NCBI GenBank assembly: GCA_001029695.1
Contig: CP011211.1
Location: 810,001-842,000 of the forward strand
Direction of reading: 5' to 3'
DNA: 32,000 nucleotides
Source: Candidatus Saccharimonadota bacterium
GTDB taxonomy: Bacteria > Patescibacteriota > Saccharimonadia > Saccharimonadales > Saccharimonadaceae
Below are positions 15,765 through 23,888 of the stretch, piece after piece. The notes below the pieces were generated by a model that was not told the DNA's origin, did no database searches, and saw only the letters and a list, made by a program, of their open reading frames with translations. Each line of letters opens with the position of its first letter. The first letter of the stretch is position 1. The position numbers were made by a program, and so were the translations under genes.

Positions 15765-16400
15765 ATGTTTGATATTGAATATAAAGGCGGCAACACAATT
15801 GTCATTTCTACAAAAAAGGCAACTGCAGTGATTGATCCCAAGCTATCTGTAGTGGGTCTTAAGGATCTACAGGCGAAAGATGCTATTGAGATTGCAACAG
15901 AAGCGCGATTTGCTGTCAGTGACCCAGATGCACGGATTAATATTGAAGGTCCGGGTGAGTACGAGACGGCTGATTTTTCTATTCGAGGTATCACAGCAAC
16001 ACGTCATCTTGACACGAGCGCAGACGAGAAGCTTTCTACGATCTATCGTATTGAGGTAGGTGAGGCGCGGATTGCTGTAGTGGGTAATATTACTGAAAAA
16101 TTAAGCGAAACACAGCTTGAGGAGCTTGGGATTATCGATATTGCTATAGTTCCGATCGGTGGCAGTGGGTACACGCTTGATCCTACAGGTGCAGCTTCAA
16201 TTGTTCGTCAGATTGACCCAAAAGTAGTCATACCTGTTCATTATGCTGATAGTGCACTCAAGTATGAAGTTCCACAAGGTGATCTAGACACATTCGTGAA
16301 AGAGCTTGGCGCGCCGGTTGAAACGGTATCTAAGTATAAGGTGAAGTCGGCGTCTGCGATCCCACCTGTACTAACAATCGTTGAGATAACTCGCAGCTAA
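15765..16400 (+). CDS. MBL-fold (Lactamase_B_3-like) protein, metal-binding HxHxDH motif not evident
   Basis: 211 aa. The overall pattern (IEYKGGNTIVISTKKATAVIDP ... VVIPVHY) resembles UPF0173-type hydrolases, but I see no HxHxDH motif. Confidence 0.45.
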   Translation: MFDIEYKGGNTIVISTKKATAVIDPKLSVVGLKDLQAKDAIEIATEARFAVSDPDARINIEGPGEYETADFSIRGITATRHLDTSADEKLSTIYRIEVGEARIAVVGNITEKLSETQLEELGIIDIAIVPIGGSGYTLDPTGAASIVRQIDPKVVIPVHYADSALKYEVPQGDLDTFVKELGAPVETVSKYKVKSASAIPPVLTIVEITRS

Positions 16401-16424
16401 TTGCGGGTTACTTCTCTTAGCGCC

Positions 16425-16465
16425 AAAAAAATAATCCCTTCCATAAAAGAAGGGATTATTTTTTT
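16425..16465. terminator. bidirectional intrinsic terminator (MBL-like gene / rpmB)
   Basis: AAAAAAATAATCCCTTC-cataaaa-GAAGGGATTATTTTTTT. Confidence 0.85.
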
Positions 16466-16475
16466 CGGAGAAAGA

Positions 16476-16679
16476 CTATTTCGCAGGAGCGAGAATACCT
16501 TTTTTCTTGAGTGTACGAATTGCCTGAGTGCTCAGGATCATAGTGACTTTTTGACCATCTACCAAGAAAGTTTTTTTCTGGAGGTTTGGCTTAAAGACAC
16601 GTTTTGTACGACGCAAAGAGAAGCTGACATTGTTGCCAAACTGCTTGCCTTTTCCTGTAAGTTCACATCGTGCTGCCAT
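16476..16679 (-). CDS. rpmB: 50S ribosomal protein L28
   Basis: The 67-aa product MAARCELTGKGKQFGNNVSFSLRRTKRVFKPNLQKK... matches the L28 pattern. The overlapping plus-strand ORF 16401-16784 is rejected. Confidence 0.9.
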   Translation of the reverse strand: MAARCELTGKGKQFGNNVSFSLRRTKRVFKPNLQKKTFLVDGQKVTMILSTQAIRTLKKKGILAPAK

Positions 16680-16829
16680 AATATATTATTTCCACTTATT
16701 TTTTACAATCTGTACCAGTATAACCCCTTTAGCCAGAATCGTCAAGGTGAAGTCGCCTTTACTAGTTTAAATAATTATTTTTGACTATGCTTAGGGGGTA
16801 TCTAACATATGTCTAAAAGGAGAACTATT

Positions 16830-17540
16830 ATGAGTTACGAACCTCATGCGCACCCAATCCAGGTATCGGTGCTACGGCAATTGTTATTTTCACCAGAACT
16901 TGGCTTTGCTGACATGCAGAAGCTATCGGATGTTACGAGTGATCATTTTACATTCCATGTTAAGAAACTTATCGAAGAGGGTTACGTGGAAAAGCGAGAA
17001 AAAGAGTATCGCTTAACGAGGAAAGGTAAAGAATATGCCAATCGGATGGACACTGACGAAAATGCTATTGAAAAACAACCAAAAGTATCGGTAGCGATTA
17101 CGCTGGAGCGTCGTAATGATAAGGGCGAACGTGAATTTCTCTTTCAGCAGCGCAAGAAGAATCCATATTATGATTTTTGGGGACGCGTTGGTGGCAAGAT
17201 GCGGTGGGGCGAGACTGTTATCGAGGCAGCCGAACGAGAACTGAAGGAGGAGACTGGGCTCGAGGCGAAATTTGAATATCGCCTACTGTATCACAAGCGT
17301 GATTTTGACAAACTGACTGGCAAGCTCCTTGAAGATAAGATCTTTCTCTGTGTATATGCGACTGAATTTAGCGGTGAGCTTATTGAGGAGTTTGAAGGTG
17401 GTGTAAATTGTTGGATGACCGAGGCGGAGTTCCATGAAAAACCAAAGCGCTTCGTGAGCGTCGACGACTTTATGGATCTTATTGATAGCGGCGTAACGTT
17501 TGCTGAGAGGGAATTTTTCTATGATGAAACAGAGTATTAA
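16830..17540 (+). CDS. Nudix hydrolase with N-terminal winged-helix domain
   Basis: I start it at ATG 16830, with AGGAG 7 nt upstream. It has a canonical Nudix box, GGKMRWGETVIEAAERELKEETGL. Confidence 0.8.
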   Translation: MSYEPHAHPIQVSVLRQLLFSPELGFADMQKLSDVTSDHFTFHVKKLIEEGYVEKREKEYRLTRKGKEYANRMDTDENAIEKQPKVSVAITLERRNDKGEREFLFQQRKKNPYYDFWGRVGGKMRWGETVIEAAERELKEETGLEAKFEYRLLYHKRDFDKLTGKLLEDKIFLCVYATEFSGELIEEFEGGVNCWMTEAEFHEKPKRFVSVDDFMDLIDSGVTFAEREFFYDETEY

Positions 17541-18147
17541 ACAGCGTACGGATAGCCTCATTGCTTTGAGTGCGGTCGTAAATCAATTTATTGATGTTAA
17601 AAGAGCAACAATACGCCGTGGTAAGCCAGAAACGGATGGCGAACACACACTGCATCTGCAGATGCTTGCGGTAGCGTACGCTACGCAGTACCATCCCGAG
17701 CTCGATGCGGGTCTTGTGGCGATGTATGCGTTGGTACATGATTTTGTTGAGGTATATGCTGGTGACGTGAATAGTCTTGGTGTGTCTGATGTGGTGATGG
17801 CGAAGAAGCAGGCAGATGAGTCTGCTGCATTAGAGCGATTGCAGGAGGAGTTTTGTGATTCTTGGCCAGAATTTATCAATTTAGTCGTAGGGTATGAATT
17901 GCTTGAGACGCCCGAATCTCGTTTCGTTAAGACGTTCGACAAGTGTGATCCGGGATTTAGCCATTTAGCAAGCGGCGGCCAAGCGCTTATTAATCTCGGT
18001 ATTGTCACTAGGGATGACTACATACGTCAATGTGAGGTTGTAAAAGAGCGGATGAGGCAGTATTCGGATGAATTTCCCGATGTACTGCTTATTAGAGAGG
18101 AAATACAACATCGAATCGCCGATAAGATGTTTGGGATTGCTGTATAA
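17521..18147 (+). CDS. HD-domain phosphohydrolase (YfbR-like 5'-nucleotidase family)
   Basis: GEHTLHLQ...LVHDFVEVYAGD gives the H...HD...D pattern. ATG 17521 is preceded by GAGAGGGA 8 nt upstream. It overlaps the Nudix gene by 20 nt. Confidence 0.7.
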   Translation: MMKQSIKQRTDSLIALSAVVNQFIDVKRATIRRGKPETDGEHTLHLQMLAVAYATQYHPELDAGLVAMYALVHDFVEVYAGDVNSLGVSDVVMAKKQADESAALERLQEEFCDSWPEFINLVVGYELLETPESRFVKTFDKCDPGFSHLASGGQALINLGIVTRDDYIRQCEVVKERMRQYSDEFPDVLLIREEIQHRIADKMFGIAV

Positions 18148-18156
18148 TAAAGAGTA

Positions 18157-18795
18157 ATGAATATCGACTTGGTACATATCGCAATTGTTCTTGGGGTGAT
18201 TCTATTTTCAATGACACTTCACGAGGCTATGCACGGCTTTGTAGCTTATTTTCTTGGTGATGATACCGCAAAGCGCGAGGGGCGCTTAACGCTTAACCCC
18301 ATAAAACATATCGATCCATTTTTGACAATTTTTCTGCCGCTTATGCTCGCTCTAGTAGGAGGACCGATCTTTGGCGGTGCAAAGCCAGTGCCATTTAACC
18401 CTGATAGGGTGCGATATGATGAATGGGGGGCTGCGCTAGTGGCAATTAGCGGGCCGCTGACTAACCTTGTCCTTGCCTTTGTTTTCTTCGGTGTATATGC
18501 TGTCATTGGAGCTCCGTCTGTCGGTATACCTGCGCAAATTCTACTCACTGCCGTGTCGGTGAACCTTGGGTTTTTCATCTTCAATATGATCCCTCTTCCT
18601 CCGCTCGATGGATCACGAGTTTTGTATGCTCTCGCTCCTGAGTTTGTCCGCAGAGGTATGGAGGCGATAGAGCAATTTGGTATTTTCTTCATCTTTGCTA
18701 TCGTTCTGCTCGCTAGCTCAGTGATTGGGCAGTTCATGAGCGTCGTTTCACTATTTTTCATAGATCTCTTTGCGAAGATATTTGGCCTCAGCTAA
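18157..18795 (+). CDS. site-2 protease family (M50) zinc metalloprotease
   Basis: Polytopic membrane protein with HEAMHGFVAYFLGD (HExxH) and LNLGFFIFNMIPLPPLDG motifs. Confidence 0.85.
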   Translation: MNIDLVHIAIVLGVILFSMTLHEAMHGFVAYFLGDDTAKREGRLTLNPIKHIDPFLTIFLPLMLALVGGPIFGGAKPVPFNPDRVRYDEWGAALVAISGPLTNLVLAFVFFGVYAVIGAPSVGIPAQILLTAVSVNLGFFIFNMIPLPPLDGSRVLYALAPEFVRRGMEAIEQFGIFFIFAIVLLASSVIGQFMSVVSLFFIDLFAKIFGLS

Positions 18796-18818
18796 TCCAA
18801 ACAAGGTATAATAGATAG

Positions 18819-18972
18819 GTACCCCAGAGTCATTTGGGCGCGCATGATTTTCCTAATATCATATGATAGGGACTTCAAAATGATTCGCCTCCGTGGAGGT
18901 GATTTGAGAAGACCCACCTTGCATTCACGCGGGGAATATCAAGCGTCTAGATGATACTCTGGGGTCTTTTGA
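18819..18972 (+). ncRNA. candidate structured RNA of unknown class (four-helix junction)
   Basis: A TATAAT at 18807-18812 predicts a transcription start near 18819. A 21-bp closing helix pairs 18821-18841 with 18943-18965 (18 Watson-Crick and 3 G-U pairs, 2-nt bulge). Three internal hairpins lie at 18844-18862, 18869-18915 and 18919-18942. The helix is followed by CUUUUGAUU. Confidence 0.4.
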
Positions 18973-19037
18973 TTGCATGTGTATATGTCGTGCATGGTAA
19001 AATAAAGCTAGCAAAGACCAACACAGAAAGTAGAATT

Positions 19038-19913
19038 ATGAATCAGCGTATATCAGTTCGTGCAATTATTCGGGAGGATAGTAAAACTCTGCTCTTACGA
19101 AGAGCGAATGGGCGTCAGTCTATTCTTGGGCTATATGAGCTCCCCGGCGGAAAGATCGCATATGGCGAGCAGCCTGAGGATGCGCTGCGCCGCTATTTAC
19201 ATGATGATGCAGGGTTACATATTGAGACTGCATTACTGTTCGACGCTGTGACGTATATTGATCGCGATGATCGTGACATACAGTATGCAGTGATTGTTTA
19301 CATGGTGACGCTTTCAGCGGGGCATCATGCCATCGAACTGAGCCAAAACTATAACGAGTATGTATGGGTATCGTCGGATTCTTTACAACACAATACGATG
19401 ACTGATTTAACGCAATTATTAATGGGTATTGTCCATCAAGATGCTCTCACAGATAAGATTGCCAAAGATGTGACTTCCTATGATGCTAATAAAACATCAA
19501 ATGATGGCATCGTTATTTATTCAGATGGTGGCTCGCGAGGCAATCCAGGGCCTTCTGCGGCAGGATACGTTATTCTTGGGGCGGCTCAGGATGTGATTGA
19601 TCAGGGTGGGGAATATTTAGGTATTACGACAAATAATCAAGCTGAGTATCATGGAGTTCGGTTGGGGCTAGAGAAGGCGCATGAGTTAGGGTATCACGTG
19701 ATTGATTTTCGTATTGATAGCATGCTTGTCGTCAACCAGATGAACGGACTGTATAAGATTAAAAATAGAGAACTTTGGCCAATCCATGAGCGTATTCGAG
19801 AGCTGATGACGCATTTTGATAAAGTAACGTTCAGCCATGTTCGTCGTGAATTTAACCAACTTGCCGATGGAATGGTAAATCGTACTCTCGATGCTCATGC
19901 GAACGAGGAGTAG
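19038..19913 (+). CDS. fusion of a degenerate Nudix domain and an RNase H (type 1) domain
   Basis: I start it at ATG 19038; the ORF-track start at 18951 overlaps the structured RNA. The N-terminal domain has GGKIAYGEQPEDALRRYLHDDAGL, where the Nudix box REUxEE reads RYLHDD. The C-terminal domain has IYSDGGSRGNPGPSAAGYVI...NNQAEY...IDSMLVVNQM...QLADGM (DEDD). Confidence 0.75.
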   Translation: MNQRISVRAIIREDSKTLLLRRANGRQSILGLYELPGGKIAYGEQPEDALRRYLHDDAGLHIETALLFDAVTYIDRDDRDIQYAVIVYMVTLSAGHHAIELSQNYNEYVWVSSDSLQHNTMTDLTQLLMGIVHQDALTDKIAKDVTSYDANKTSNDGIVIYSDGGSRGNPGPSAAGYVILGAAQDVIDQGGEYLGITTNNQAEYHGVRLGLEKAHELGYHVIDFRIDSMLVVNQMNGLYKIKNRELWPIHERIRELMTHFDKVTFSHVRREFNQLADGMVNRTLDAHANEE

Positions 19914-19915
19914 TT

Positions 19916-19924
19916 TGCTATAAT
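19916..19924 (+). promoter_or_regulatory. extended -10 promoter (TGcTATAAT) of rnpB
   Basis: It ends 6 nt before 19931, the first base of the P1 helix. Confidence 0.65.
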
Positions 19925-19930
19925 GTTTAC

Positions 19931-20277
19931 AGGCAGTTCGTTAGGTGACCGCTGGCTTTCTTTAATAAGATAAGCGAGAGGAAAGTCCGGGCAGCATAGG
20001 GCGCGACAGTCGCTAACGGCGACCGGGGGTGACTCTAGGGAAAGTGCCACAGAAACGAAACTACCCTCTTCGGAGGGAAAAGGTGAAACGAGTGAGGTAA
20101 GAGCTCACAGCATTCCATGGTGACATGGCGTGAAGGTAAACCCTGTCGGCTGCAAGGAGATCTACGTATAAGGGCGGCTCGTCCGTAGGTCGCTACCCGC
20201 TTGATTGAATCGGCAACGATTTGGCTAGATAGATGGTCATCCACGACAGAACCCGGCTTACAGACGATCTGCCTACC
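19931..20277 (+). ncRNA. rnpB: RNase P RNA, bacterial type A
   Basis: GAGGAAAGTCCGGGC (CR-I) is at about 19978-19992 and ACAGAACCCGGCTTA (CR-V) at about 20247-20261. P1 pairs AGGCAGTTCGT with ACGATCTGCCT. Confidence 0.93.
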
Positions 20278-20309
20278 AAAAAACACTCCTTGTCGGAGTG
20301 TTTTTTGGT
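20275..20309. terminator. bidirectional terminator (rnpB / rplT)
   Basis: ACCAAAAAACACTCC-ttgtc-GGAGTGTTTTTTGGT. Confidence 0.85.
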
Positions 20310-20328
20310 AGTAAAGAGTAGAGGTTGG

Positions 20329-20676
20329 TTACGCGCTTACGGCGCTCTTTACAATCTGTTCAAAGCTTTTTGGCTCATTAACGGCAAGTTCTGCAAGAAC
20401 TTTACGATCAAGTTCAATGTTCGCTGCTTTAAGGCCGGCGATAAACTTTCCGTATGTCGTGCCATGTTCGCGAGCGGCAGCATTAATACGAGTAATCCAT
20501 AGTCCGCGAAGATCACGCTTTTTGTTGCGGCGATCACGGTATGAGTACTGAAGCGCACGAATAACCGCTTGTTTTGCAAGACGATAGCTTCGCGTGCGGT
20601 TGTGCTGCATGCCTTTTGCTAATTTTAAGATCTTTTTGTGCTTTGCGCGTGCTGTGACGCCTCGTTTTACTCGCAT
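20329..20676 (-). CDS. rplT: 50S ribosomal protein L20
   Basis: [22 protein letters not shown]...[22 protein letters not shown]. Confidence 0.93.
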   Translation of the reverse strand: MRVKRGVTARAKHKKILKLAKGMQHNRTRSYRLAKQAVIRALQYSYRDRRNKKRDLRGLWITRINAAAREHGTTYGKFIAGLKAANIELDRKVLAELAVNEPKSFEQIVKSAVSA

Positions 20677-20677
20677 A

Positions 20678-20872
20678 TTATACTCCTAGGGCTCGTTTAA
20701 CGTTTTTCGCCATGCTACCAGTGATAGTTGCAGTGGTGTTGATTGCTCGCTTACGGCTCTTGCTCTTCTTTGCTAGAAGGTGAGTGCCGAATGCTCGACG
20801 TCGGGTTAATTTACCGGTACTTGTCAGCTTAATGCGCTTGGCAGTACCTTTGTGGGTCTTTAGTTTTGGCAT
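20678..20872 (-). CDS. rpmI: 50S ribosomal protein L35
   Basis: [33 protein letters not shown]. Its start overlaps the infC stop by 1 nt (TAATG). Confidence 0.92.
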   Translation of the reverse strand: MPKLKTHKGTAKRIKLTSTGKLTRRRAFGTHLLAKKSKSRKRAINTTATITGSMAKNVKRALGV

Positions 20873-21378
20873 TATTTACTCCTTACTACTATGCTCAGAT
20901 TGCGACCAGCCATCTGAGGCTTTTGCTCTAAAATTGCGTCATCTTCTAAGAGCGCGACGATCTTATCGATCATGACATATCCAAGTTCCTTGTGGGCCAT
21001 CTCGCGACCACGGTAGAATATTTGAATACGTACTTTGTGTCCATCTGCGAGAAAGCCGCGGATTTTACGAAGTTTTATCTCAAGGTCACCACTTCCGATT
21101 TTCAGGCCAAATCGCATTTGTTTCAGCTCGCTTTGCTTGCTGCTCTTGCGATTTTTTTGTTGCTCTTTCATCTTTTGGTACTGGTATTTACCCCAGTCGA
21201 TGATCTTTGCTACGGGTGGATTTGCGCCAGGTGATATCTCGACAAGGTCAACACCAGCTTCTTCGGCCGCTTTAAGCGCATCTGCGCGTGACATGATCCC
21301 TAATTGTTCTCCGTCTGTGCCGATGACACGAAGCTCACTTGCGCGAATAGCTTCGTTGATGTTGATTTTGTTGCTGAT
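20872..21378 (-). CDS. infC: translation initiation factor IF-3, probable non-canonical ATC start
   Basis: The ORF track starts at an internal Met (21294). The frame is open upstream to 21402 and encodes (I)SNKININEAIRASELRVIGTDGEQLGI, colinear with IF-3 N-termini. AAGGAG (21393-21388) lies 9 nt upstream of ATC 21378. There is no in-frame ATG, GTG or TTG upstream. Confidence 0.8.
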   Translation of the reverse strand: MSNKININEAIRASELRVIGTDGEQLGIMSRADALKAAEEAGVDLVEISPGANPPVAKIIDWGKYQYQKMKEQQKNRKSSKQSELKQMRFGLKIGSGDLEIKLRKIRGFLADGHKVRIQIFYRGREMAHKELGYVMIDKIVALLEDDAILEQKPQMAGRNLSIVVRSK

Positions 21379-21463
21379 TGTACCTGTCTCCTTGGTCTTA
21401 GGTTAGAGTCTACGAATTTGAGCGTTTACTCGCCATCTATCTTATCAGATATACACCTCTATA

Positions 21464-22978
21464 TCAAGTGGTTTGTTGTCGGTACTGTAATGCTTCGCTA
21501 ATGTGGTGTGTTGCAATGCTCGGCGCTTGCTCTAGGTCTGCGATAGTTTGCGCTACTTTTATGATTTTGAAGTAACTTCTTGCGCTAAGGTGGAGTTTAT
21601 CTGTGGCCGACGCGAGAAGCTGCTTGGCGGCCGAATCGATGGAGAGCGATGTAGAAATTTCTCGGCTTGAAAGATTTCCGTTGTATTTTATACTAGAATT
21701 GTATCTGTTACGCTGTAATAGAATCGATTGGTTGATGTCTTTTTTTGCATTAGCATGTTGTGTTTTTGTTTCTGTGTGCGTAACGAGAAGGGTATCATTT
21801 GGAGTTCGTGAAACATTGACGATGAGATCAATTCTATCAAGTAACGGACCGGAAAGTTTTCGTTGGTAGTTGAGAATTTGAGAAGTACTGCAACTGCACT
21901 CTTTTACTGTGTCTCCATAGTAACCACAGGGGCAGGGATTCATGGTAGCAACGAGCATGAAGTCTGCGGGATACACGATTCGCCCGTTAGCTCGGCTAAT
22001 AGCAATCTGCTTGTCCTCGAGTGGCTGACGAAGTGCTTCGAGGCTAGACCGAGAATACTCCGGAAGCTCATCGAGAAAGAGAACACCTAGGTGGGCAAGG
22101 CTGATTTCACCAGGCCTTGGCTTGTTGCCACCACCGGTCAGTGCGATTTGACTTGCTGTGTGATGGGGCGCACGGAATGGTCGCTCGTCGAGGATATTTC
22201 CATCTATTTCTCCAGCGATACTATGGAGTTTTGTTGCCGCAATCTTTTCATCGATCGTTAGGTCTGGGAGGAGGTTTGTAAGCGTTTTTGCGAGCATGGT
22301 TTTTCCTGCGCCAGGTGGACCATTGAGTAAAATATTGTGTCTTCCGGCGGTTGCAATGACAAGTGCACGCTTTGCTTGCTCCTGTCCAAGTATGTCGTCA
22401 AGATGCGGCGCAAGGGAGGAAGATTTTGTTGTTCTAGTGACATCGAATATATGAGGTGATATCAACGACTCCTGCTTTAAATGAAGAAATAATTGTTTCA
22501 AGTTTGTTGTGCCAATTACTTCAATGTTATCGATCAAACTCGCTTGCTGAGCATTGATTGTGGGGAGAAATAGTTTTTTGTAGCCGGCTCGCCGAGCTGC
22601 TTCAGCAATATTGATTGCGCCTTTTATAGCTCGAAGCGTTCCATCAAGCGCAAGCTCACCAGCAAAGACTGCACCTTCGACCTCGTGCTGCTGAAGCTGG
22701 CCACTAACAACGAGAATCGAGAGAGCAATGGGGAGGTCGAATTGCGCACCATCTTTGGGTAATTCTGCTGGAGCAAGATTGATCGTGATCTTTTTTGAAG
22801 GAAAATCAAGAAGTGAATTTCGTATGGCACTTCGGACACGCTCCTTTGCTTCATCGACCGCCTTGTTGCCCATTCCTACTATCTGAATCGTTGGAAGCCC
22901 GTTTTTTGCATCACTTTCTACTTCGACGACTGCTCCGTCAAAGCCTATAGGGGCAACGGTAGATATCTTAGCGACCAT
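21464..22978 (-). CDS. comM: YifB/ComM family Mg-chelatase-like AAA+ ATPase
   Basis: I start it at ATG 22978 (MVAKISTVAPIGFDGAVVEVE...). Walker A is LLNGPPGAGKT and Walker B is VLFLDELPE. A Cys-rich NPCPCGYYGD...CSCS insertion is present. Confidence 0.88.
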   Translation of the reverse strand: MVAKISTVAPIGFDGAVVEVESDAKNGLPTIQIVGMGNKAVDEAKERVRSAIRNSLLDFPSKKITINLAPAELPKDGAQFDLPIALSILVVSGQLQQHEVEGAVFAGELALDGTLRAIKGAINIAEAARRAGYKKLFLPTINAQQASLIDNIEVIGTTNLKQLFLHLKQESLISPHIFDVTRTTKSSSLAPHLDDILGQEQAKRALVIATAGRHNILLNGPPGAGKTMLAKTLTNLLPDLTIDEKIAATKLHSIAGEIDGNILDERPFRAPHHTASQIALTGGGNKPRPGEISLAHLGVLFLDELPEYSRSSLEALRQPLEDKQIAISRANGRIVYPADFMLVATMNPCPCGYYGDTVKECSCSTSQILNYQRKLSGPLLDRIDLIVNVSRTPNDTLLVTHTETKTQHANAKKDINQSILLQRNRYNSSIKYNGNLSSREISTSLSIDSAAKQLLASATDKLHLSARSYFKIIKVAQTIADLEQAPSIATHHISEALQYRQQTT

Positions 22979-23022
22979 AATATGCTTGTATTTAAGCATA
23001 ACTAGTAACAATCATCAATATT

Positions 23023-23031
23023 TGCTATACT
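23023..23031 (+). promoter_or_regulatory. extended -10 promoter (TGcTATACT) of ssrA
   Basis: It lies 13 nt upstream of the mature tmRNA 5' end. Confidence 0.55.
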
Positions 23032-23044
23032 ATCTGTATCGGTT

Positions 23045-23452
23045 GGGGCTGACTATAGCTTTCGACGAGAGGACATTAACAGGTTATTTTGCAGGTCGAC
23101 TATACACGTACGTATATATTTAATTGCAAAATCTATTGCTAGCATTCAAGGTTCACTTGACTCATTCAAATCTTTGTTTGATGTTAAGACTCCTTCGTTT
23201 GCGCCAATCGCAGCCTAATCGCTCGATCATTCCGTGTTAGCAGGTGACATAGCGGTACGGGGTGTTATATACATGTCACTTACTGGGCAATAGAGCAGTG
23301 GCTATTGTTTGGAAAATTTTACCACGTGACTAATTGCTTATTTGTGTTTATCTTCTAGAGCATGATGTCGTAAACAATCAAGATAAACTATGCCTGTAGA
23401 CGAATAACCAGTTACCTTTCGGACCGGGGTGCGATTCCCCGCAGCTCCACCA
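23045..23452 (+). ncRNA. ssrA: tmRNA (SsrA)
   Basis: The 5' GGGGCTG pairs with the 3' CAGCTCC-A-CCA, including the G3-U pair. The T arm is GGACCGGGGTGCGATTCCCCG. An internal tag ORF ends ...FAPIAA-TAA at 23216-23218. Confidence 0.92.
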
Positions 23453-23491
23453 ATACGAAAACATCCCAGCCATGGCTGGGATGTTTTCGTA
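23453..23491 (+). terminator. long hairpin immediately after ssrA
   Basis: 17-bp stem ATACGAAAACATCCCAG / CTGGGATGTTTTCGTAT with loop CCATGG. The U-tract is only partial. Confidence 0.55.
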
Positions 23492-23888
23492 TTAATACGT
23501 ACTTAATTATAATGACCAAGCTATACGGGGCGTGTGTTTGTTTGTAGGACGCTTCTAGCAAATAAAAACAACCGCCTGCGAGGAACGGTTGTTTTCGTGT
23601 GGAGTTTTTTGAGTTCGTTGTTTATTTTTGGCTTCTGTATAAGTTTTTTATTCAGAAGCTACCCCTATAATATGACGAGAAAGCGCTTGTGTCAATGAAA
23701 ATGATGATTTTCTTTTGGTAAAAAATACTACGTGTGGAAAACCCTATATATGGTGGTGATTGGAGTGAAAATGACGATACCCGTGCTACGGCTGGCGAGC
23801 CACGCTACGTGAGCTGTGTTTTCTGGCGGAGATGACGAGGAGAGAGTATAATAAAGGTATCCCTATATATAGGCAGGAGGTTTGGTAG

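Noticed and set aside
16401-16784. 127-aa plus-strand ORF
   Set aside because: It is antisense to the clearly recognisable L28 gene and crosses a bidirectional terminator.
18951-19037. 29-codon N-terminal extension of the Nudix/RNase H gene
   Set aside because: The extension starts inside the 3' strand of the candidate structured RNA and encodes a hydrophobic peptide unrelated to Nudix folds. ATG 19038 begins the recognisable domain.
20035-20286. 83-aa minus-strand ORF
   Set aside because: It lies entirely inside RNase P RNA.
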